A stretch of 64,000 bases of DNA. Source: a virus. Numbering within the stretch: position 1 is the stretch's first letter; the number at the start of each line of letters is the position of its first letter. Positions 8,208 to 16,800 of the stretch are shown here, in pieces. Position numbers and translations under genes: made by a program. The stretch covers positions 1-64,000 of IMG/VR virus record IMGVR_UViG_3300030333_008051; one strand, given 5' to 3'. The notes beneath the pieces were generated by a model. It did no database searches, was not told the DNA's origin, and was given only the letters and a program-made list of their open reading frames with translations.

Positions 8208-8237
8208 TTGATTTACAAGAAAAGCAATAAGTATACT
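8208..8237 (+). promoter_or_regulatory. Putative sigma70-type promoter, divergent from the previous one
   Basis: TTGATT-N18-TATACT followed by AGGAG and ATG at 8254. Confidence 0.5.
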
Positions 8238-8253
8238 GTTCTCAGGAGCTGCT

Positions 8254-8448
8254 ATGTTTAGTGATGATGTAAGAGGCCGTATTAAGATAAATAATTATGG
8301 ACTACCCACGAGTAGAAAGATAGTAGGAGTAGCTCAAGCACCTGCTATAACTATCACGCAGCTGCTAATTGTGATGATCTGGGGGAGGGATGTCCGATAC
8401 ACAGAAGGACTGGCGAATATTGGCGTACTTAAAGAACGCGACCGTTAA
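8254..8448 (+). CDS. Possible small protein (64 aa)
   Basis: Good AGGAG RBS and upstream promoter, but no recognisable motif and a 59-nt overlap with the next ORF. Confidence 0.35.
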   Translation: MFSDDVRGRIKINNYGLPTSRKIVGVAQAPAITITQLLIVMIWGRDVRYTEGLANIGVLKERDR

Positions 8449-8563
8449 GCTAGCTGAAAAAATTGAAGAAACTGATGACAGAGAAGAACTCATAGATAGC
8501 GTGATGAAGCTTAGGGAAGTGAAGAGAGTTGAACTTACTTACAAAGAGTTAACGAAAGAATAA
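8390..8563 (+). CDS. Small helical protein (57 aa; not in the ORF track)
   Basis: GGGGAGG then ATG; MSDTQKDWRILAYLKNATVKLAEKIEETDDREELIDSVMKLREVKRVELTYKELTKE. The stop abuts the convergent gene ending at 8564. Confidence 0.6.
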   Translation: MSDTQKDWRILAYLKNATVKLAEKIEETDDREELIDSVMKLREVKRVELTYKELTKE

Positions 8564-9169
8564 CTATCTACCTTTATTATAGTTTGCATTAGTAGTCCCC
8601 CAGTAGTGAACTCCATAACTATCTTTGCACTTTGGGCTGTTGAGGTCTACAAACTCATCTTGCCAAAACGGTATAAAACTTTCGTGACCAAGTATTTTTA
8701 CGGAAGGCTTATGCTCTTGTATCATGTTGGTTAAATATAGTGGACCAGTTTCTATCCATGCTGCCTCAGTTGGTTTTTCTGGTATCCCATCTATAAGTTT
8801 CTTTATGAAGGGCGAATTAGGTGCCACTCCAATAATTGCGTTAGCGATTAAATCGCTATGTCCATCATGCTTTACAACAAAGAGTTCCTCATCTATCTCC
8901 AAAAGATCATCTAGTCTTTTCAAAGCTGCTATATCAGCATCAAGATAAATACCGCCATAATCATAAAGCAGTTCATATCTTAATATATCTGATTTGCCAC
9001 ACCATCTAGGAGACAGGTTATATGCTTCTTGATTTCTTATTTCGTAATAAGTAGTAGTCCACAGTCTATACTCCCAGTCGGGATGTAACTCTTTCCAAGA
9101 GTTTAACCATTTCCATGGAGGCGGTTTTGGCCCTATCCAAATCTGATGAATTATTTTTGGGATACTCAT
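8564..9169 (-). CDS. GT32-family (DXD, Och1/SUR1-like) glycosyltransferase
   Basis: IPKIIHQIWIG, SDILRYELLYDYGGIYLDAD, TGPLYLT, GVHYWGTT. Start placed at MSIPK (9169). Confidence 0.9.
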   Translation of the reverse strand: MSIPKIIHQIWIGPKPPPWKWLNSWKELHPDWEYRLWTTTYYEIRNQEAYNLSPRWCGKSDILRYELLYDYGGIYLDADIAALKRLDDLLEIDEELFVVKHDGHSDLIANAIIGVAPNSPFIKKLIDGIPEKPTEAAWIETGPLYLTNMIQEHKPSVKILGHESFIPFWQDEFVDLNSPKCKDSYGVHYWGTTNANYNKGR

Positions 9170-9180
9170 AAATATTTCTC

Positions 9181-9867
9181 TCAAATAATTGGAAAGTCTC
9201 CACAACCTTCTAAATACATTATAGAGTCTGCCCTTAGTCTCTGTAGGTAAGACGTGGGGTTCTTAGCATAATCAGTGTTCCAGCTTCCCCACGAATGAAC
9301 ACCGTCTTTTCCAAGGTGATCTGTATAACACGTATACGTAGCATACATACTACTGCCTAGTATATCAATTGTGTGCCAATCCCAGTCTCTAAAAGAATTA
9401 TCTTCTAAGTACAGGCATATCTCCTCGACCATTTCCCTCGTGTACAGGTGGGAAATTCCTCCAGCATATTGCATGCGGTGGGCCTTCCCATCTTCAGTAA
9501 TCCGTTTTTTAGGAATGCTATAATTATGAGGGGCATACAGGGTAACTGGTTTATCCTTTGGACAATTCCTTAGTACATCAATGAATGATGGATCATGCAA
9601 AGCGTCTGAGTCTGTTATATATAAATACTTAAACTTAGTATTTAAAAAATCTTTGAACTGAAACTCTTTCATAGCGTCAATTCCCAAATTAACTTCCGAT
9701 CTATAGACAGGGCCAAACTCAGAAAGAAATTCAGAGCCATATTCAGTTGAGCAATCATCATAGATCTTAATAGAGGAGCTCTGCTTGTACTTCTTCAAGT
9801 TAGAAAGCGAGATATCTACAACTGCCTTTCGATTAAATGTAGCCACTGATATAAGAAGATCTTCCAT
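9181..9867 (-). CDS. GT2-like (GT-A fold) glycosyltransferase
   Basis: ISVATFNR, IYDDCS, NLG, YITDSD (DxD), DHLGKDG. Confidence 0.8.
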   Translation of the reverse strand: MEDLLISVATFNRKAVVDISLSNLKKYKQSSSIKIYDDCSTEYGSEFLSEFGPVYRSEVNLGIDAMKEFQFKDFLNTKFKYLYITDSDALHDPSFIDVLRNCPKDKPVTLYAPHNYSIPKKRITEDGKAHRMQYAGGISHLYTREMVEEICLYLEDNSFRDWDWHTIDILGSSMYATYTCYTDHLGKDGVHSWGSWNTDYAKNPTSYLQRLRADSIMYLEGCGDFPII

Positions 9868-9876
9868 TTCCCAAAC

Positions 9877-10776
9877 CTACTCGATAAACAAGCTTGACTG
9901 CTGATTTTTATGACTTTCGGCTATGACAGAATAGCCGACCTGATGCTGAACATAGTGCCTGTCTGTGCAATAAAAATTAAAGCCCGCTTCCTGCAGGACA
10001 TGGCCAATCTTAATATCCCATCCTGAGTAATCATTAATCCAGAGGTTATGAATATTTGCCCTCCACCATTTTAAAACATTTGTGTCAAAAATAACCGCTA
10101 GATTACCATAATAATCTTTGCCAGAAAACCCATATATTGGGTGACTAGCTTTATTATTTTCAGCTGGCCAGTAACAATCGCCACTTCCGTACATTGTCAC
10201 TATATCTACAACATGATAAGAATTGAATTGTCTTTCAACTTCTTTTATAGCTTTTGAAAACTGACTAGAGAACAAAACATCATCTTCTAAAAAAAGAATT
10301 CGCTCATTTCGATTCTCAATTATTTTTGGAAAAACACAAATCGCTTTATAATCGATAGTTTCTGAATAATCTCCATACTCAGAACTAGGGTAGTGCTTTT
10401 GTTTTATTTTTGAACACGGCTCCATCGAATCTATAAGTTGGTGATACTCTTCAGATTCTCCATCATAATAAACGATCGCAGGTAACAGTGAGTGTTTTGC
10501 ATTAGCGTTGTAGCTTTTTACAAACTCTCTAAAAGTCTCCATTCTTTTATCGCAAGTAACAATGAATGGGCGTATAGAAGTACTTTTTATAAAAGGCCAA
10601 TCTCTTTTAGTGTGTTCCATAGTTTTAGCTTTTTGCGGCTGAACGGGTTCGGTTTGATGGGAACGCTTGCTTGCAGAAACAGGTTTTTTATTCTTAGAGA
10701 AATTACTTCTATTATCCGATGAAACAGAATAACTTTTACCCTTCAACAGCTTTGAACTTCTTTTTCTTCTAGACAT
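9877..10776 (-). CDS. GT-A glycosyltransferase (GT25/GT54-like) with basic N-terminal extension
   Basis: VTCDKR, ILFLEDDVLFS, GWDIKI, YVQHQVGYS; first ~55 aa rich in Lys, Arg and Ser. Confidence 0.7.
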   Translation of the reverse strand: MSRRKRSSKLLKGKSYSVSSDNRSNFSKNKKPVSASKRSHQTEPVQPQKAKTMEHTKRDWPFIKSTSIRPFIVTCDKRMETFREFVKSYNANAKHSLLPAIVYYDGESEEYHQLIDSMEPCSKIKQKHYPSSEYGDYSETIDYKAICVFPKIIENRNERILFLEDDVLFSSQFSKAIKEVERQFNSYHVVDIVTMYGSGDCYWPAENNKASHPIYGFSGKDYYGNLAVIFDTNVLKWWRANIHNLWINDYSGWDIKIGHVLQEAGFNFYCTDRHYVQHQVGYSVIAESHKNQQSSLFIE

Positions 10777-10781
10777 TGTTT

Positions 10782-11006
10782 CTAACTAAGTGGTTCTTCC
10801 TCAATCGATGTAACTCTTGCTTCTAGAGCAGTAACGTTAGTATTCAAAGAATCAATCTGAGTTTGAATAACAACAAGTAGCTCGTGAATTTGATTTATAC
10901 TCGCTAATCTGCTGACAGCTTTTATTGTATCGTTTAATGTATCTTCCAATCTTGTAACGCGAGCTATAAGATTGTTGTATTTTGTTTCTGTAAATGACCA
11001 AGCCAT
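10782..11006 (-). CDS. Small coiled-coil protein
   Basis: Heptad repeats (RVTRLEDTLN..VTALEARVTSIEE); GGAG RBS. Confidence 0.75.
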   Translation of the reverse strand: MAWSFTETKYNNLIARVTRLEDTLNDTIKAVSRLASINQIHELLVVIQTQIDSLNTNVTALEARVTSIEEEPLS

Positions 11007-11016
11007 TTCAATTCTC

Positions 11017-11370
11017 CTAATTTAAAGCCATCTCTAACAACTGCAGCAGGGCTGCTGCTAAACCACCACCTACACCACCATATATAATCTTTTCAGTAAC
11101 AGTTATTCTAACACTTACAAGATCTTTTTCCAAATCAACAACTCTAGTTTCTAACTTTTTTATTTCTTGATTTGCAGCAGCAAGAGCTTGAGAATCTAAA
11201 GCTTGCTTCTCTCTGGTTGCGCTATATCTTTCTAATAGTAAATCTATTTTGCTGGACAATTGATCTAATGACTCATCAAGCTTTGTTTCAATAGCACTGA
11301 GTCTGTAAGACATTAAACTTAACTCCGACTTAAGAGCGGTAACTTCTTCTCGATCCAAATCTTCGGACAT
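11017..11370 (-). CDS. Coiled-coil protein with C-terminal TM (XhlA/holin-like architecture)
   Basis: Long heptad region followed by IIYGGVGGGLAAALLQLL. Start placed at MSEDLD (11370). Confidence 0.6.
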   Translation of the reverse strand: MSEDLDREEVTALKSELSLMSYRLSAIETKLDESLDQLSSKIDLLLERYSATREKQALDSQALAAANQEIKKLETRVVDLEKDLVSVRITVTEKIIYGGVGGGLAAALLQLLEMALN

Positions 11371-11374
11371 GAAA

Positions 11375-11791
11375 CTAACCTTTTGTACATTTGTCAATTT
11401 TGGAAATCATCGACTGAATTTTTGTAGTGTAAGTAGAAACCGTGCTATCTAGCTTCTTAATTTTTAAGATAAAATCTTCTAAATATTCCATGTTGTTTGC
11501 ATTGTAAGCTTTATCATCTACATAAACGTCTGCACTTGGTTTCCCGAAGTGTATTTCGTCGTAAACAAAGCCCCAATCTTCAAGCTGATTTAAAGTTAAT
11601 CTACCAATATTTTTTATACTGACACCAGGATTAGATCCTGCAGTTCCCATACCTCTAGCAGTATAGATTATAATGACGTGACCATCATCTTTCAAGCGCT
11701 GTAGCATTTCTTTTACACCTGGAAATGCACTAGCAGTCTTGTAAGGTTTACCAGTACATAAAGTATTGTCTAAATCAAAGCAAATTCTCAC
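11375..11791 (-). CDS. HAD-superfamily phosphatase, capsule-biosynthesis (EcbF/BcbF-like) type
   Basis: CFDLDNTL, IYTARGM, FGKPSADVYVDDKA; GTG start with AAGGAG. Confidence 0.85.
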   Translation of the reverse strand: MRICFDLDNTLCTGKPYKTASAFPGVKEMLQRLKDDGHVIIIYTARGMGTAGSNPGVSIKNIGRLTLNQLEDWGFVYDEIHFGKPSADVYVDDKAYNANNMEYLEDFILKIKKLDSTVSTYTTKIQSMISKIDKCTKG

Positions 11792-11859
11792 AACATCTCC
11801 TTTATCAATTGTCTACTGCAACTTTGCAGGTTTCGTTTTTATCCACTTCAAAGTTAAAT

Positions 11860-13863
11860 TCAAGAAACACCTATCGCCTTAAGTAACTTTATGGAAGATT
11901 TCACAAGAGAATGATTTTCTGAAATAAAGGTAGAAGCTTCCAAACTTTTACTTTTTAATAAATGCTTTTCTTTTTTAGCAAGAGTCAAAGTATAAGTTAA
12001 AAAATCTAAGTTTATTGACGCATGCATATCTTGCATAGAGTTCTTTGAAAGAAGAGTGTAGCCAACAGCATAGTTGCAAGGCAAACTCATTAACTCTCTA
12101 GCAGCTCCGAAAGAGCAACCTATTACTGGAATGCCCATCGACATTGCTTGCATTGGTAAATCCGCATACTCGCTGCCTTTGTTGGGATAGATCAAATAGT
12201 CTGTATTTTTAAACAAACTCATTAAGTTCGATTCCTCATAAGGCTTTATAATTACTGAAATATTTGAGGACTCAAAAATATCATCAGGCAAACTGACTTC
12301 CTCTGCCATAATTATCAATCTTACATCTGAAGAATCTCCAAATGCTTTTTTGAAAGCCGCTATTCCAGTTTCTAAATTTTCTCTTTCTTTAAGCCAAAGC
12401 TTGTCTTGCTTGAAAGAAACAAGAGAGACCATGGCGAATGTAACAATGTCAGTATTGTTAGGTTCACGATACTTCCATTTATTTACGTCTATACCAATAG
12501 GAACATATTCGATTGGAACTGTGACGCCTCCATCCTTGAAAGAATCAATACAAGCTTTAGATGAAACAATTAACTTATCATAAGTGTTGATTGACTCTAT
12601 CCAGCTTGCGGGAGGTTTTGTAGAGGGGTAGGACGAATGAATATATTTTGCTTTTGCATCAAAAAAAGATGCACCCTTTAAATTTTCTTCTCCAGGTTGT
12701 AAGCAGTTCAATATTATCTCTGCTTTGCCGCACCCAGGCGCAGCTAACTTATCCGCAATATTTGGAAGCTTACATAATTTTTCAAAATAAATTGTATTCT
12801 CATTAGAATACTCAATGGAAAGCTTAGCTTTGGAAGTCATCTTTCCAATAGCCTTTCCAAGAACCAGGCTTGCATCAATCTTATCCATACATGCAACGTT
12901 GTAAGGGCAAGGCCCATACCAACAACCTAAACATGAAAGCTCATCTGTCTTGACAGGAAGATGTCTCTTGTATGGCCCAACTCTAGCTTCGGGCGGAATT
13001 GATCCAAAAAGAACAACCGACTCTTTTTCTAAACAACCAGCAATATGCATTGGTCCAGAATCAGGACCAACATACACATGGCATTGCTGAATCAAAGCAG
13101 CCATCTGCCTCACGCTAGTGTCACGCATATCTAAGAAGCCATCCATACCTTCTAAGTAATCATGCCTATCAAAAACTATTAGCAATATTTGTGGATGTCT
13201 CTGTTTTATAAGCTCTACGAATTGTCTAGCTTTGTCTTTCTTCCATGAACGCATATCATCATTAGAAGAAGGAGCAAAACATACCACTGGCGATTTAAGA
13301 GACTTTCTATTTTTAACAATAATAGAACGCGCCCAAACATATTCTTCAAATTCTACTTCTAAGAATGGTAATTCATTTTCTAAAAAATTGATTCCCATGT
13401 GTCTTGCGAAGAGATCAATCCTATTTCTATTTGGCAATCCCTTTTTTTCGTAAGGCATGCACACTGAAGAAATGTCTATCACTTTATCATATTTACTTCT
13501 ATCAACATATCTAGCATCAATAATATGATCTATGAAAGGGGCAGTTTTTAATAGATGATAATAAGAATCATCCCACGTTCTATGCCTGTCAACAGCTACA
13601 GTTATTGTTAACTTAGGGTATTTCTTTTTTAAAGCACGTATGCCGGGGGTAATCATAAGAACATCCCCGATACCACCAAGCGACCTTATTATACAGATCG
13701 AACCTTCTGGCGAAGTAATCTGTGTCAAAAAAGGACTTGGTCTACTGAATATTCCTTCACGACTATTATTTGCAATCTCAATATCGCGCTGTTTTGCAAT
13801 AACTTTTCTTGATTGTGTTAATGATCGACTGCCAGTTCTGCGTCCCTTTCTCCTAAAACCCAC
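11860..13863 (-). CDS. Fused GT9 (heptosyltransferase-like) + GT4-like glycosyltransferase
   Basis: GGIGDVLMITPGIRALKKKYP, DSGPMHIA, CLGCW..CP...CM (GT9). C-terminal VPIGID..AFKKAF..YPNKGSEYADLPMQAMSMGIPVI (GT4-like). GTG start with AAGGAG. Confidence 0.85.
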   Translation of the reverse strand: MGFRRKGRRTGSRSLTQSRKVIAKQRDIEIANNSREGIFSRPSPFLTQITSPEGSICIIRSLGGIGDVLMITPGIRALKKKYPKLTITVAVDRHRTWDDSYYHLLKTAPFIDHIIDARYVDRSKYDKVIDISSVCMPYEKKGLPNRNRIDLFARHMGINFLENELPFLEVEFEEYVWARSIIVKNRKSLKSPVVCFAPSSNDDMRSWKKDKARQFVELIKQRHPQILLIVFDRHDYLEGMDGFLDMRDTSVRQMAALIQQCHVYVGPDSGPMHIAGCLEKESVVLFGSIPPEARVGPYKRHLPVKTDELSCLGCWYGPCPYNVACMDKIDASLVLGKAIGKMTSKAKLSIEYSNENTIYFEKLCKLPNIADKLAAPGCGKAEIILNCLQPGEENLKGASFFDAKAKYIHSSYPSTKPPASWIESINTYDKLIVSSKACIDSFKDGGVTVPIEYVPIGIDVNKWKYREPNNTDIVTFAMVSLVSFKQDKLWLKERENLETGIAAFKKAFGDSSDVRLIIMAEEVSLPDDIFESSNISVIIKPYEESNLMSLFKNTDYLIYPNKGSEYADLPMQAMSMGIPVIGCSFGAARELMSLPCNYAVGYTLLSKNSMQDMHASINLDFLTYTLTLAKKEKHLLKSKSLEASTFISENHSLVKSSIKLLKAIGVS

Positions 13864-13878
13864 TTGGGCGCTCCTTTA

Positions 13879-16800
13879 TTATGTGAAATCTATTCTCATT
13901 CCAAGGAATATGTGAGGAACTGCCAGCGCTGTACTAAAAATGTTGGGATCATTTGTATCACCAGGTTCCGGTTTAACCGGATTTAACCTGACCACCATCA
14001 AACCATCATCTGCAAGCGGCTTGTTAGCTGCAACGTCAAGTGACTTCCAATAGCTGTGTTCAGGTCTTGTTAACGTAAAGTACTCTTCAACTGTTCCAGT
14101 ATCAGTAGTTGTTGCAGTATTTCCAAATTTAATTACTGATACATAGTCGTAATCCGTAACTGGGCTCGGTGTTTTTTTCCGGTCCATCAACCAGTCTGAT
14201 CCTTCATACACATCCCCCATCATTGCTGCATAGTCACGCATGTTGCTACCATCCACAAGAGTTAAAGTTTTACCTTTGAGATCATCTGTATCGCCATCCC
14301 ACGAAGACTCTTTGGTTATACTTGTGTCAAACGGCAAAGTTACACAATACTTCGGATAGTTGTTAAAACCCTTAGCACCATCAGCATCGAATAGTGCACC
14401 ACCCGAATTACCATTAATATTAGCAATTAAATCTTTCCATAACTCTACACCCTGAGCCATACAGAAATAACCAGTTACCCACATTTTTGTTGGGTACTCC
14501 CACTTAGTGCCATTCCAAGTTCTCGGTATTGGAAATTTAGCATAAATTGGCTGACTCTTATCGGTCAACCATTCTCCATGGTAAAATAAAATTCCGTTGG
14601 TTGCGAGCCAATCTCCTCCAGATCCAACAGATGGTTCGCGGGCATATCGAATAACTGAGTTCTCAAAATGACCCGCACTTTCAGTAGAGTCTATGCGAGC
14701 GCCAGCCAATTCGGCGTAAGTGCCTGTGCTTGATTGTTTTACGTCTGGGTGAGTAAGATGCTGCACTTGGATTCCCGTCTCATTGCAAGAACGCTGATCC
14801 CATTCTGATGGCATCAGCCATACACTATCAAAACCAGTGTTTACCGATCCATCAGAACCAGTTGAAGCCCATGATTTTTTCCATTTATTAGTGCTTGAAT
14901 CCCAAGCAAGTACAGCTCCACCATCCGATCCAGCTGCAGGATAATCAGAACCAGTAGCAACATCTGCAAAATCATCAAGCGTAAGTGCGCTAGGATCAAA
15001 AGCAAATTCTACGTCATTAGTAGCTTGAGTTATATCTATTGCACCTGAATAACTACCAGTGCTTTTTAGTTCTCTAAACTGGTGTTGCTTGCTTGTGGTG
15101 TCGTAACTTTTATAAACTTCTGCACCGGTACCAACGTTTACAAAGTAAGAAGGATCGTACTCTTCGTCAGCACTATTCCATGTAAGGATAGCACCAGAGC
15201 CAGCACCTGGCCAAGTGTCATGCACGTCGGTAAGTTCTGTTGTCTTTGTAGCACCAGAGCCAGAGCCGCCACTAGCAGAAATCTTTATATCTCTTCCACC
15301 ACTACCAACCTCTTCTACAGTAACGTTGGTACCAGCAACAATTCTTCTGAATTGGTGCTGAAATCTACTTATTCCAGCAGTTGAGACGCCACCTTCATTT
15401 TCTTCCAATGTAGCGTAGAAGATATTTGCAGCTCCCCCACTACTGGAAGTGCCACCATTAAGATTAAAGCAAGTTGGTTTTACACCAGGGATGTATTTAC
15501 TTGCACCATTATTCCACCAAAGTAGCGACTTCCCAGCGTCTGCAGCAGTAGCATCTACATCCGAAAGGAATGTAGTGGGCATTGGGTTTACGTTCAATTT
15601 GATAATATCCCCGGTACCCAAGTCCGTGCCCTCCATGCCGATATAATCTCCAGCACGAATTTGCAGAATATCAGCAATTACGGCAGCAGTGAGTGTCGAA
15701 TCACCAGAGAAAGAAGAACCCACTGATCCGGCCTGGGTGGCCAATGTAATTGTCCTCCAAGCCTGGCCTGCTCCGCCACCGCCACCGCCACTGCCAGTGT
15801 TGGTCAGATCGTAGACAGTGCCAGAACTTGGGCATCTCCAGTGAATATGCGCTTCAGTACCACTATCTGTGGTAACGTTCTTAGAAAACAAAGAGCCTTG
15901 TTGTGCAGATGTCAGAGGATCTGACCCATCTGCTCTAGTACTAAGATTGATTGGAGAATGATGAGCGTTTACTGCGACTTCATTATTGCCAATTCTGCTT
16001 ACTGAGAAGTAAGCATCAGCATCAGCAGCTTGAGTAGGTTTGCCGACAGCAAGAAGTGGATAGTCGTATAACGACAGCCAGTTTGCAGCAGCAGGACTAA
16101 CTACGGACGGAGTTCCATCATATATGTGTATGCCTGCAGGAGTGTTTGCAGTTATATCTAAAACAATCTTTCCACCATCTTTTTCAGATCCTGAATCAGA
16201 TGAATCAAAGTCGTATGTTTCTTGAAGATTCTGAGCACCACCAGAACTTGAAGAACCACAGCAAAGTAAGTGCCAGATGTCTCCACCGCTAGGTTCTCTG
16301 TAATACAAATGCCCATCTATTTGTGCTTGACCATCTCTATCTTTTACTGCTTGAGTACCATCAGATACCCATAAAGCACCCTGTCTCTCTGTAAGGAATT
16401 CTGATAAACCAGCATTCGGGTGTGATGGTCCACCAGTATCTGGAGTAAACTGATTTATACTTCTCAGTATTAGAGGCATGTCTGAATAGCTTTCGTTTGC
16501 ATAATACTTGAAAGTACTTGGCCCAGCAGGCTCACCAGTAGACTGTAAGTCAGTTACTGCAGAACCATAAGTTCCCCCAATATCTTTAATATAGAGGAAG
16601 TGTTTTCCAGTACCCCAGAGAGTAGGATTGGCTCCTTTTTCTCCCAAGCTAGTTCCTTCAACTTCAAACACATTGACTTTAAGACCATATGTGCCAGTTG
16701 CACTATCGACAATTTCATTGGCCTCTTGAAAAACAATTTTTCCATCCATTGGCCAAGTATTTTTAGTTACAATTTTTCCACCGGTACCAGATGGTCCTCC

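Noticed and set aside
11792-11859. Hairpin CTGCA-ACTT-TGCAG as a terminator
   Set aside because: The stem is only 5 bp and there is no U-tract on the coding (minus) strand.
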